Assembly (NCBI GenBank): GCA_019322435.1
Contig: JAHWIR010000008.1
Span: 21,647 to 85,646, forward strand
Length of the DNA: 64,000 nt
Source of the DNA: Candidatus Woesearchaeota archaeon
GTDB lineage: Archaea; Nanobdellota; Nanobdellia; Woesearchaeales; WJKL01
Reading direction: 5' to 3'
Shown: piece after piece, positions 55,346-64,000 of the stretch
Numbering within the stretch: position 1 is the stretch's first letter
Layout: each line of letters begins with the position of its first letter
Made by a program: the position numbers and the translations under genes
Notes under the pieces: model-generated
What the model saw: the letters and a program-made list of their open reading frames with translations, nothing else
The model's database searches: none
What the model was told of the DNA's origin: nothing

Positions 55346-55350
55346 TACCC

Positions 55351-58300
55351 ATGGCAAAAAAGAAAAAAACTCCTAAAAAAGCTGCTAAAAAACATGTAAT
55401 TCCAAAAGATGTCAAAGGTTTTGTTTTAACTTTGTTGTTTGCAGTTATTGTACTTGTTTTAGTTGTTGGTGTAGTTAGATTAACCAGGCTGGGAGTTGTT
55501 GGAAAGGCATTTGAATATGAAGGAACAGAAGTTGATTTATCTGATTATCCTTATCCTTTTGTTGACGGGTGTGATTTTAATGGAGCTATTGTAGTTGGAG
55601 ATAATGCTCCTGCTGAAGATGTTACTGGTGCTACAGATATTTCTTCAACTCTGGCAGTGAGTGGAGAGATAGATGGTGAAGCTTGTAATGTTGACATGCC
55701 TCCTAATAAGCTGGCTTCTGAAGTAACAGATGTTTCTGCGCAGAATGTAATTTCAGTTGGAAATCCTTGCGATAATGCTATTTCAGGAGAATTGTGGGGG
55801 AATCCTATTGATTGTGATATGGGCTTAAGTGAAGGCCAGGCAAGGATTAAGATGTATAATCTAGGAGGAAATATTCAATTATTAGTTGCAGGGCCTACTA
55901 CTGAAGATACAAGAAGAGCAGCAAGAGTATTGTATAATTATACTGATTTTATTTTAAGCGGAGAAGAGGTTTGTGTTACTGGAACCACTTTAGATGATAT
56001 GGAAGTTAGTGCAGGGGCTTGTGTTGTGGGAGTAAATCCACTTTATTTAGCTGATGGCGAGATTACAGAAGGAATTTTAGTGGATAATTATGACGCAGGA
56101 TGGATAAGTTTGGAACCAGTAACCTCAAATTTAGGCAAGGGTCAAGCAGATTATGCTTATTTCAATGCTCAAGGGGATTTGGTAGGGCTTTTTAATATAA
56201 TTCCAGGTAAAAATTTAAGAGTGCGTACTTTTGAAGAAGAAAGTGAATTTGAAATAGATATAGTTGCTGATGGAAGATCTTTAAGGATATACATGCCTTC
56301 TTCTTCTGCAGAACTAATAAATGGAACAGTAGTTTATGTGGCTGATGATGGATCTACATATTATGATACTGATCTAACACAATCAGCAAGGATTGCTCCA
56401 AAACCAGAGTGCACAGATACTGATGGTGGAATGGACTATTATACAAAAGGCACTTGTGTAGATTCTAATGCATATCCAACTGGCGCAACTGACCATTGTC
56501 AGGTAGATGAGGGAGTAATGCATCTATATGAGATGTATTGTCATTCAGAGTATGAATGCCATAGTGCTGAAGGTTATGAATGTCCAAATGGCTGTGCAGA
56601 TGGTGCTTGTATACCTACAAATGTGGAAGATTGTACTACAGTGCCTTTCCAAGATGCAGACAGGGATGGGTGTCATGCAGGACTTGATTCTGATTGTGGA
56701 GGAATAGAAGGAGTTAATGATCCATCACCAGAAATAACTTGTTTTGATGGTATAGATAATGATTGCGATGGAATGATTGATGGAGATGATGATGATTTAA
56801 GTTGTCAAAAAGAATGCACAGATTCTGATGATGGAAGACAGTACTATAAAGAAGGAAGCATATTTGGATGTTTAGGGACTGGATGTACTGTTCCTGTTGT
56901 AGACAGCTGTGTTGATGGAGTTATTTTAGAAGAAGGGTATTGTGACAAGGAAACAATGAAGTTTGAAGAATATAGCTGTCCAAATGGTTGTGAAGGCACT
57001 GCTTGTGTTTCTGATTTTGCAGTTAATGGCTGCAAAGCAATAGAGTTGAATACAAATGTTGTTGATGGACAAATCTTTTTTGATGTATTAGCAGGAAATG
57101 GAACAGAGTTTACTCAGTTTGGTGAAGCAGATACAACTGATCATATTCCAATGAGTGATGATGAAAATCCAACATTTGTATATGACGCGGATTTGCATGG
57201 GTTGTTTATTGTATCAGATGTATTAGCTAAGAATACTTATTTTATGGAAGTTACTAGAATTAATAATGAAGATGGAATTGATTTCAAAAATGTTGTTACA
57301 GGACTGGTGTGGGATGATGTAAAAGCAGGAGATATATTTAGTGTTGGAGAAAGTATAGTAGAAGTTATTGATTATGATGCTTCTATTGAAAATAGTGTAA
57401 CAATAAAATTATATGATGCTTATATGAACAGAGTTTATACAGCAGATGGAAGAGAGATTTTGCTGACTGCTGGCGGATCCTTACCTAATGAAATATATAA
57501 GATGTGGGTGAATGAGGCAGATGGTGGCCAAACAGTATATTACTTTGAATGGGAAGATGGTTGTGCTGTTATTGAAAATATTGTGAGTGTTCCAGTGCCT
57601 ATTGAAGAATGCACAGATACTGACGGCGGAAGAAATTATTATGAAGCAGGAAGTGTATATACTTGTGCAGGAGATTTATGTGTTATTCCTGTTGCAGACA
57701 GCTGTATAGATGGATTTACTTTACAAGAAGGATTTTGTGATAAGGAAACAATGCAGTTTGAAGAACATACTTGTCCAAACGGCTGTGAAAATGGTGCTTG
57801 TGTTGGGGAATGCACAGATTCTGATGGCGGGTTAAATTATTATGGAAGAGGAACTGTGCATGGCTTAGAATTGCCAGATGTCTGGGATACATGGACTGAT
57901 TACTGCGGTGAGGCAGGTGAAGAAGAAGGCAAGCTTGTAGAGTATGTATGCAGAACAGACGATTATGGAGAAAAAGTTCTTTATGAATGCCCTCAAGGCT
58001 GTGAATATGGTGCCTGTATTGATCCTGAATGTTACGTGACAGGCACATTAGAACAAGGAGAAACTGCAATATATATTATAGGAGAAAAGGAATATGAAGT
58101 TGAAGCAACATTTATTGGTGAAGTAGAAGTTGTTACAATAGCTAAACTTAAAATTAATGGAGAGGTTACAAAAGCATTAGAAGAAGGTGAGTCTTATATA
58201 TTAAATGATGGAACTGAGATTAAGATTCTGACATTAATTGAAAATGATATCCCTCTAATGGATGTAGTGACTTTTTGTTTTATGAAGGCAGAAGGAATTT

Positions 58301-59040
58301 GCACAGATACTGATGATGGAAAGGATTACTATAAAAAAGGAGAGTTTAGTGGTTTTTGGCAAGGGGAATTAATAACAAATACAGATTCTTGTGTAGATGC
58401 TCTTGATGAAACTGGAGATGATGTTTATTCAAGTGATTATTTAGGAGAAGGGTATTGCGAAAATGGAGAACTAAAAGTAGAAAGAATTGTTTGCGAATAC
58501 GGCTGTGAAGATGGCGCTTGCATTATATCTCCAGAACCGCAGGAATTTACAGTTGAGCTTGATGAAGAATGGAATCTTATTTCACTTCCATTGGTATTAG
58601 AAGACAGGGCTGTGGAAGCTGTATTTTCAGGAATAGAGGGTAATGTTAGGGTAGTTTATGCTTATGATCCTTTAGAAGAATGGAAGGTGTGGTATCCTGA
58701 TCCAGATGTGCCAAGCAATCTGGAAACAATAGATCCAGGAAAGGGCTATTGGATTTATATGAAAGAAGAAGATAAACTGACTGTTGAAGGGACAGTGGGA
58801 GAAGGAGATCCTCCAAAACCACCAAGGATTGATGTAAAACCTGGCTGGAATTTGATTGGAGTTCATTCAATAGCACCAAGGCAGATATCTAGTGCGCTTG
58901 CGAGTATTGAAGGAAAGTACATCTCATTATGGGGCTATGGTGTGGAATTGATAAAGTTGGATATAGAGGCTAATCCATACCTAGAGCCAGGAAAGGGGTA
59001 TTGGATTTATATAACTGAAGAAGGAGAGATAATACCATGA
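55351..59040 (+). CDS. Giant (1229 aa) membrane-anchored surface protein with S-layer terminal domain, five Cys-rich CTD(T/S)DGG..YY repeats, a MopE-like metal-binding motif and twin C-terminal 'PGKGYWIY' modules
   Basis: The start is at the ATG after a GGTGA Shine-Dalgarno; the ORF track's GTG lies 9 nt upstream. A Lys-rich N-terminus and a TM helix precede the domains. See findings for the repeat listing. Confidence 0.7.
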   Translation: MAKKKKTPKKAAKKHVIPKDVKGFVLTLLFAVIVLVLVVGVVRLTRLGVVGKAFEYEGTEVDLSDYPYPFVDGCDFNGAIVVGDNAPAEDVTGATDISSTLAVSGEIDGEACNVDMPPNKLASEVTDVSAQNVISVGNPCDNAISGELWGNPIDCDMGLSEGQARIKMYNLGGNIQLLVAGPTTEDTRRAARVLYNYTDFILSGEEVCVTGTTLDDMEVSAGACVVGVNPLYLADGEITEGILVDNYDAGWISLEPVTSNLGKGQADYAYFNAQGDLVGLFNIIPGKNLRVRTFEEESEFEIDIVADGRSLRIYMPSSSAELINGTVVYVADDGSTYYDTDLTQSARIAPKPECTDTDGGMDYYTKGTCVDSNAYPTGATDHCQVDEGVMHLYEMYCHSEYECHSAEGYECPNGCADGACIPTNVEDCTTVPFQDADRDGCHAGLDSDCGGIEGVNDPSPEITCFDGIDNDCDGMIDGDDDDLSCQKECTDSDDGRQYYKEGSIFGCLGTGCTVPVVDSCVDGVILEEGYCDKETMKFEEYSCPNGCEGTACVSDFAVNGCKAIELNTNVVDGQIFFDVLAGNGTEFTQFGEADTTDHIPMSDDENPTFVYDADLHGLFIVSDVLAKNTYFMEVTRINNEDGIDFKNVVTGLVWDDVKAGDIFSVGESIVEVIDYDASIENSVTIKLYDAYMNRVYTADGREILLTAGGSLPNEIYKMWVNEADGGQTVYYFEWEDGCAVIENIVSVPVPIEECTDTDGGRNYYEAGSVYTCAGDLCVIPVADSCIDGFTLQEGFCDKETMQFEEHTCPNGCENGACVGECTDSDGGLNYYGRGTVHGLELPDVWDTWTDYCGEAGEEEGKLVEYVCRTDDYGEKVLYECPQGCEYGACIDPECYVTGTLEQGETAIYIIGEKEYEVEATFIGEVEVVTIAKLKINGEVTKALEEGESYILNDGTEIKILTLIENDIPLMDVVTFCFMKAEGICTDTDDGKDYYKKGEFSGFWQGELITNTDSCVDALDETGDDVYSSDYLGEGYCENGELKVERIVCEYGCEDGACIISPEPQEFTVELDEEWNLISLPLVLEDRAVEAVFSGIEGNVRVVYAYDPLEEWKVWYPDPDVPSNLETIDPGKGYWIYMKEEDKLTVEGTVGEGDPPKPPRIDVKPGWNLIGVHSIAPRQISSALASIEGKYISLWGYGVELIKLDIEANPYLEPGKGYWIYITEEGEIIP

Positions 59041-59903
59041 AGAAATTAGTTTTACTTTTAATTTTTGTATTTATTGGAACAGTTTATGCCCAGCCGCAGT
59101 TTCCAATACAGATTTATGGAGATATAACTCCTGCAATATCAGATGGTTCTGAGATTCGTTTTGAAGTAGATGGATTAGAGGTTGGCTCTGGAGAAATAAT
59201 GGATAATAAATATGGTGATCCTCCTTTATTTATTGAAGTAGATGATACAGCAACAATTGAAAAAGAAGGATATGCTGATGGAGATGTTGTTGATGTTTAT
59301 ATAGAAGATGTCAAGGTAGATGAAATAACTTTAGAAGGAAATCTTGTTGAAAAAGACATAACCATCTCTGGTGATGATTTTGATGAAGTACAAAAGGAGA
59401 CAACCACTGCTGATACTAGAAGAGGAAGTGTTGGAACTAGTATAGCATGTGATCCAAGCTGGGAATGCAGTGATTGGGAAGAATGTATAAATGGAAAGCA
59501 AACAAGAACTTGTATTGATAAATGGGAATGCGGAACTGATGATGGAAAACCTGCTGAGATTCAAACCTGCATTGAACCTGCTGCAGCAGAGCCTAAAATA
59601 ATTCCATCTATAGAAGAACCCCTAGTGATTGAAGAAAAAGGTAGGGCCTGGATTTATATCATAATAACCATAATTGTGTTGGGATTAGCAGGAGGATTAG
59701 GATTTGTAATCTATGAAAGAGAAAGAGCTCATAAATCATTACAGCAAGAAAAACAACAGCCCAAGTTAGAAGATCAATCATTTATTAGGCTGCAAAGCTA
59801 TGTAAAACAAACTTTAGATCAAGGTTATACCCGAGAACAAATTAGGGCTGTGCTTTTAAGAGAAGGATGGTCTCAAAGTGTAATAAACAAGGCATTAAAA
59901 TGA
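59037..59903 (+). CDS. Secreted single-pass membrane protein with Cys-rich CxxWxCxxWxxC...C.D.W.CG module and cytoplasmic 'GW' tail
   Basis: A signal peptide is followed by ACDPSWECSDWEECINGKQTRTCIDKWECGTDDGKP and a TM helix. The tail reads [25 protein letters not shown]. The start ATG overlaps the upstream stop in an ATGA pattern. Confidence 0.55.
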   Translation: MKKLVLLLIFVFIGTVYAQPQFPIQIYGDITPAISDGSEIRFEVDGLEVGSGEIMDNKYGDPPLFIEVDDTATIEKEGYADGDVVDVYIEDVKVDEITLEGNLVEKDITISGDDFDEVQKETTTADTRRGSVGTSIACDPSWECSDWEECINGKQTRTCIDKWECGTDDGKPAEIQTCIEPAAAEPKIIPSIEEPLVIEEKGRAWIYIIITIIVLGLAGGLGFVIYERERAHKSLQQEKQQPKLEDQSFIRLQSYVKQTLDQGYTREQIRAVLLREGWSQSVINKALK

Positions 59904-60643
59904 AAAAAATAATCAAAAATGTGGATTTGGCAGTAAGTTCATCAGTACTGTATATCTTGCTAGTAGGGGCTATACTTGTGTTTGCAATGGGCTATGATCC
60001 CTGGGAAAGCAATGATCTGGTTGGAAAGGCTGCTTATACCCCTGTGCAGGTGTATGGAACAATATTTCCTGACCTTCCTGATGAGACTGATATCAGCTTT
60101 AGGATTAATGGAATTACTATTGCTTCTACAACATTGAAGAACAATTCATATGGCTATGATCCAGAAGTGTATTTTGAAATGGATAATCCTATAACCTCAA
60201 AGATAGAGGGCTATGCAGAAGGATATATTGTAGGAGTCTATATTGAAGGGGTACAAGTTGCTGAATTCTCTTATTTTGACCCGTGGGCTACTGAAAAAAA
60301 TATCAATGTTCCTGCAAGCATAAGAGAAGAAGTGGCTACCAAGGCTGCACAGTCTGATATAGAAAGAGAATGTGCTGCTAATTGGCAATGTGAAGGCTGG
60401 GATGCCTGCATAAGCGGAATCCAGAAAAGAAACTGTATTGACTTGAACGGATGCGGATATGACTGGGACAAGCCTGATGAGGAAAGGGGGTGTACTGTGT
60501 CTCCTACTTTAGAGGCTGCTTTGGCAACTGCAAGCAATATGTTCTCATTTGAAGTCATTGTTTTGATATCACTGATGGTGCTGCTGATTGCATATGTGAT
60601 AATCCTATTGGTTAGAGGCAGAGGCTTAGAACCTGAAAAATGA
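59900..60643 (+). CDS. Paralogue of preceding Cys-rich single-pass membrane protein
   Basis: [36 protein letters not shown] is followed by a C-terminal TM helix. The start ATG overlaps the upstream stop. Confidence 0.55.
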   Translation: MKKIIKNVDLAVSSSVLYILLVGAILVFAMGYDPWESNDLVGKAAYTPVQVYGTIFPDLPDETDISFRINGITIASTTLKNNSYGYDPEVYFEMDNPITSKIEGYAEGYIVGVYIEGVQVAEFSYFDPWATEKNINVPASIREEVATKAAQSDIERECAANWQCEGWDACISGIQKRNCIDLNGCGYDWDKPDEERGCTVSPTLEAALATASNMFSFEVIVLISLMVLLIAYVIILLVRGRGLEPEK

Positions 60644-61902
60644 TAAAGAATATCAAAGCAAGGGAGATTTTGGATTCAAGAGGAAATCCTACAATAGAAG
60701 TAGAGGTTATCACAAACAAGGCATATGCAAGAGCTGCTGTTCCTTCTGGAGCATCTACTGGAAAGCATGAAGCTTTGGAATTAAGAGATAAGGGGAAAAG
60801 ATATGATGGAAAGGGTGTTTTAAATGCTGTCAATAATGTTAATAGGAAAATTGCTGGGAAGCTTATTAGAATGGATGCAAGGAATCAAAGCGAAATAGAC
60901 AATATAATGCTAGAGTTAGACGGAACTTCTAATAAAAGGAAATTGGGAGCAAATGCTATTTTAGGGGTATCGATGGCTGTGTGCAAAGCAGGAGCACTGG
61001 AAAAAGGAATGCCTTTGTACAAGCATATTGCTAATCTAGCTGGGGTGAAGGAAGCTGTAATGCCTGTTCCTAGCTTTAATGTCATCAATGGTGGAAAGCA
61101 TGCTGGGAATAAATTAGATATCCAAGAATATATGATCTTACCTGTTGGCGCAAAGAGCTTTAAACAAGCAATGCAGATTGGAGCTGAAGTGTATCATGCT
61201 TTGAAAGGGATAATCAAGGCAAAGTATGGTGTTAATGCTGTAAATGTTGGAGATGAAGGTGGGTTTGCTCCTGGATTAAAAACAATTGAAGAGCCTTTGA
61301 AGCTGTTAAAACAGGCAATCAGAAAAGCTGGTTATAGTAATCAGGTTAAGATTGCAATGGATTGCGCTGCTTCTGAGTTTTTTAAAGCTGGAAAGTATAA
61401 TATTGAAGGAAAGAAGTTAAGTGGTGAGAAATTAATTGAGGTTTATAAGAAATTAATCAGGAAATATCCTATTGCAAGCATTGAAGATCCTTTTAATCAG
61501 GATGATTTTAAAAATTGGGGTAAGTTCGCAGGAAAAATAGGTGATAAGGTGCAGATTGTCGGAGATGATCTGCTTTGCACAAATGTAAAAAGAATGGAAA
61601 AAGCAATCAATAAGGATTGCTGCAATGCCCTGCTTTTGAAAGTGAACCAGATAGGAACAGTTTCAGAAGCAATTGAAGCAGCAAGATTAGCGCAGGAAAA
61701 AGAGTGGGGTGTGATGGTCAGCCATAGAAGCGGTGAAACATGCGATGATTTTATCGCTGACCTGGCTGTGGGGTTAAAAGCAGGGCAAATCAAATCAGGA
61801 GCTCCTTGCAGAGGGGAGAGATTGGCAAAATACAACCAACTTCTTAGGATAGAAGAAGAGTCTAAGGCAAGGTATGCTGGGAAAGGATTTAGAAGACCAT
61901 GA
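60640..61902 (+). CDS. eno: Enolase
   Basis: An [20 protein letters not shown]-terminus, an SHRSGET segment and full length at 420 aa. Confidence 0.95.
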   Translation: MIKNIKAREILDSRGNPTIEVEVITNKAYARAAVPSGASTGKHEALELRDKGKRYDGKGVLNAVNNVNRKIAGKLIRMDARNQSEIDNIMLELDGTSNKRKLGANAILGVSMAVCKAGALEKGMPLYKHIANLAGVKEAVMPVPSFNVINGGKHAGNKLDIQEYMILPVGAKSFKQAMQIGAEVYHALKGIIKAKYGVNAVNVGDEGGFAPGLKTIEEPLKLLKQAIRKAGYSNQVKIAMDCAASEFFKAGKYNIEGKKLSGEKLIEVYKKLIRKYPIASIEDPFNQDDFKNWGKFAGKIGDKVQIVGDDLLCTNVKRMEKAINKDCCNALLLKVNQIGTVSEAIEAARLAQEKEWGVMVSHRSGETCDDFIADLAVGLKAGQIKSGAPCRGERLAKYNQLLRIEEESKARYAGKGFRRP

Positions 61903-62564
61903 AATTGCATATTTATCTTTTTAGACATGGACAGACTTATTTTAACAGAGACAAGATATTTACTGGGTGGAAGGATTCCAAGCTAACACCAAAAGGGATA
62001 AGGGATGCAAAGAAAGTTGCTTTGAAATTAAAAAATAAGAAATTCCAGGTTGCTTACCAGACAAGACTTTCTAGGAGCAAAGATACATTAAAGCCTGTGC
62101 TGAAATATCATCCAGAATGCAAAGAAGTTATTACAGATGACAGGATGATAGAAAGAAGCTATGGAAAATTACAAGGGAGATCGCACAAAGCATTTGTAAA
62201 AAAAGAAGGGACAGACACTTACAAGACATTACTGCACTGGCATAAGATTGACCATCTGGCTGGAAGAGAAAAACGAGAATTTATCAAAAAAACAGGAGAA
62301 GCTGAACTGCAGATAATAAGAAGAAGCTATAATGTTGGGCCGCCAGGAGGAGAGAGTGTAAAGATGGTTGAGAAAAGAGTTAATTCTTTTATCAAAGATT
62401 TATTGAAGAAGATGAAAAAAGAGAAAGTAAGTGTTGCAATAAGTGCCCATGGAAATTCAATGAGGCCATTCAGAAGATATTTTGAAAAGCTTACTGTGAA
62501 GGAGATGATGAAGCTGGAGAATCCGTGGGATGATTATTTTCATTATCAGATTGAGGTAAAATAG
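61899..62564 (+). CDS. Histidine phosphatase superfamily protein (phosphoglycerate-mutase-like)
   Basis: [10 protein letters not shown] contains the RHG motif. It sits adjacent to enolase. Confidence 0.75.
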   Translation: MKLHIYLFRHGQTYFNRDKIFTGWKDSKLTPKGIRDAKKVALKLKNKKFQVAYQTRLSRSKDTLKPVLKYHPECKEVITDDRMIERSYGKLQGRSHKAFVKKEGTDTYKTLLHWHKIDHLAGREKREFIKKTGEAELQIIRRSYNVGPPGGESVKMVEKRVNSFIKDLLKKMKKEKVSVAISAHGNSMRPFRRYFEKLTVKEMMKLENPWDDYFHYQIEVK

Positions 62565-62949
62565 GTTGTTCTTTTTCTTTTAATTTTTCTGCTAATAATT
62601 CTTCTTCTTTTATTTTTAATCTAAGATCATCAGTCCTGAATTTGATATAGTCTGGGCTGAGATATCTTGGATCGTCAACGGGCGAGACAATATATTCTTT
62701 TTTCTCAACAATGTTTAGTATTGTGCTATAAAGCTCAAGTGCAGCTAGTTCTATGCCAGCATACTTTTTGGTTTCATTTCTTATTAATGAACTTAATTGG
62801 ATCAAAGCTGTCTTAAGATACTCTGTGTGAGGATTAAGTTCTAATGTGACTCCTAGAGAAGACAAGCGGTTTCTTTGCAAATCCTTCTTCATATGCTTTT
62901 TCTTTAATGTCATGTATTGTTGCCAGACTTCATCTATTCTTTTATCCAT
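62491..62949 (-). CDS. Hypothetical protein; start set at internal Met; C-terminus overlaps convergent gene by ~70 nt
   Basis: ORF only, with a low-complexity C-terminus. Confidence 0.3.
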   Translation of the reverse strand: MDKRIDEVWQQYMTLKKKHMKKDLQRNRLSSLGVTLELNPHTEYLKTALIQLSSLIRNETKKYAGIELAALELYSTILNIVEKKEYIVSPVDDPRYLSPDYIKFRTDDLRLKIKEEELLAEKLKEKEQPILPQSDNENNHPTDSPASSSPSQ

Positions 62950-63081
62950 GAAAAGAGGTGTAGTAGGAGAAATATAAAAAGTTAATGCAAATAACTTTAT
63001 AAAATTTATATACAAAGTTTGATTAGAAAATAACAAAAAGGTTTATATAATTCTTTTAAATAGTCTTGTTGGGTGGTATAA

Positions 63082-63525
63082 ATGTTTGGATTTGGAAAAG
63101 GAAAAATTGAAATCAAATTGAATAAATATGAGTTTGCACCCGGAGAAGTTATAGAAGGGACTTTGGTTCTTACGCTAAAAAAGCCTATGGAAGCAGGCGG
63201 GTTGACTATTGGACTTGTTGGCTATCAAAAAACAGTTCAAGGATTTGGAACTCATAGAAGGTATAGAACTATAAAGGTGTTTGATTTTGAAAAACCAATT
63301 GATGGAGCAAAAGGATATTCTACTCAGCCAATGGAATACAAATTCACATTAAAGATTCCTGCAAACGTAGCAACTGGAAAAATGCCAGAAGGTGCTTTAG
63401 GAGGAGTTGTTAAAGCAGCTCAGTTGTTAACACAAACAAGGAGCAGAGTTGATTGGAGGGTTGTTGGAAGATTAAAAGTAAAGGGGATTGATGTGTCTAA
63501 GAAAGTTAAGGTTAATGTTGCATAA
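63082..63525 (+). CDS. Spo0M/arrestin-N-like domain protein - tentative
   Basis: MFGFGKGKIEIKLNKYEFAPGEVIEGTLVLTL resembles the Spo0M N-terminus. Confidence 0.4.
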   Translation: MFGFGKGKIEIKLNKYEFAPGEVIEGTLVLTLKKPMEAGGLTIGLVGYQKTVQGFGTHRRYRTIKVFDFEKPIDGAKGYSTQPMEYKFTLKIPANVATGKMPEGALGGVVKAAQLLTQTRSRVDWRVVGRLKVKGIDVSKKVKVNVA

Positions 63526-64000
63526 TGAAATTAGATGATATTAAAAAGAATATTCCGCAGCCATTGTATAATTCTTTATTGCCTGACATAGATGAATTAA
63601 GACCTAGCCAAGAGAAGTCAATCAAAAATGGGGTGTTGGAGAGGAAGAATCTGCTTGTCTGCACGCCAACTGCTTCTGGAAAGACATTGATTGCAGAGCT
63701 GGCAATGGTTAAATCAATACTAGAGGGAAATGGCAAAGCTATTTACATTGTTCCTTTGAAGGCTTTGGCTAATGAGAAATTTAAGGATTTCAAAAAAAGA
63801 TATGGTTTATACTTAAGAGTTGCATTATCAATTGGAGATCTGGATTCTGCTGATCCTTATCTAGAAGGATATGATTTGATTGTGTGCACTGCAGAAAAAC
63901 TGGATTCATTGATAAGGCATCATGCTCCTTGGCTAGGCATGGTTGGAACTGTTATTGTTGATGAAGTGCATCTGATGAATGATGCTGGCAGGGGTCCTAC
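63525..64000 (+). CDS. Hel308/Ski2-like superfamily-2 DNA helicase, 5' part (runs off window)
   Basis: LRPSQEKSI (Q-motif region) and LLVCTPTASGKTLIAE (Walker A) are present. The sequence ends at IVDEVH (DEVH box) with no stop before the window end. Confidence 0.8.
   Translation, partial: MKLDDIKKNIPQPLYNSLLPDIDELRPSQEKSIKNGVLERKNLLVCTPTASGKTLIAELAMVKSILEGNGKAIYIVPLKALANEKFKDFKKRYGLYLRVALSIGDLDSADPYLEGYDLIVCTAEKLDSLIRHHAPWLGMVGTVIVDEVHLMNDAGRGP

Noticed and set aside
1-64000. Searched for CRISPR arrays, transposases/integrases, prophage or plasmid genes, rRNA
   Set aside because: No regularly spaced short direct repeats and no IS-like or integrase-like ORFs were found. No sequence resembling rRNA was found either, and the only structured RNA gene is the tRNA-Leu.

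Overview
This is an AT-rich (roughly one-third GC) archaeal chromosomal segment, most likely from a small-genome DPANN-type archaeon. The call rests on a split RNA polymerase B''/B' plus A'/A'' operon, L30e, a KH-only NusA, aIF-1A, aIF-2alpha, Nop10, archaeal-only ribosomal proteins (S8e, L37e, L44e, S27e) and a tRNA-Leu carrying an intron. Gene density is high and many neighbouring genes overlap in an ATGA pattern.

Contents in map order:
- 1-8202 (+): rpoB''(partial)-rpoB'-rpoA'-rpoA''-rpl30e-nusA-rps12-rps7.
- 8246-17719 (-): a tightly overlapping eight-gene enzyme operon preceded by a TrmB-family regulator. It encodes a divergent DRG-like GTPase, a PaaK/F390-synthetase-like adenylating enzyme, an atypical Fe-S/radical-SAM-like protein, a ThrC-like PLP enzyme, an arginase-family ureohydrolase, a class-I aminotransferase, a DapDC/ODC-family decarboxylase and a C39-like cysteine peptidase.
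- 18037-30915: assorted genes. They include a short Dph2-like protein, a SAM methyltransferase, a U32 (RlhA/TrhP-like) protein and a PEF-CTERM-type surface protein. There is also a 4x tandem-repeat basic membrane protein, a tandemly duplicated lysine-rich small basic protein, SppA, an RDD protein, aIF-1A, LMW-PTP/ArsC, a bacterial-type LspA, two tandem tiny membrane proteins and an EndoIII-like glycosylase.
- 30963-42640: a purine cluster with a PurF-like protein (Cys1 to Ser), purT, a HAD hydrolase, a PfkB kinase, a purS-purL fusion, a purQ-purD fusion and purM.
- 43456-44629: rps8e, an Sm-like protein, rpl37e with an apparent frameshift, and tRNA-Leu(UAG) with a 19-nt intron.
- 45309-60643: a surface-protein locus. 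Three paralogues share a Methanococcales-like S-layer terminal domain: a 790-aa S-layer-like protein, a 175-aa minimal version and a 1229-aa giant. The giant carries five Cys-rich 'CTD(T/S)DGG..YY' repeats and a MopE-like metal-binding motif, is preceded by an AbrB-family regulator, and is followed by two ATGA-coupled Cys-rich single-pass paralogues. Interleaved housekeeping genes are a radical SAM, a GINS-like protein, rpl44e, rps27e, aIF2alpha, an ArsR-type regulator, nop10, a PAC2-like protein and a SpoIIM-like protein.
- 60640-64000: enolase, a histidine-phosphatase/PGM-like protein, a Spo0M-like protein and the start of a Hel308-type helicase.

No CRISPR array, transposase or integrase was seen.
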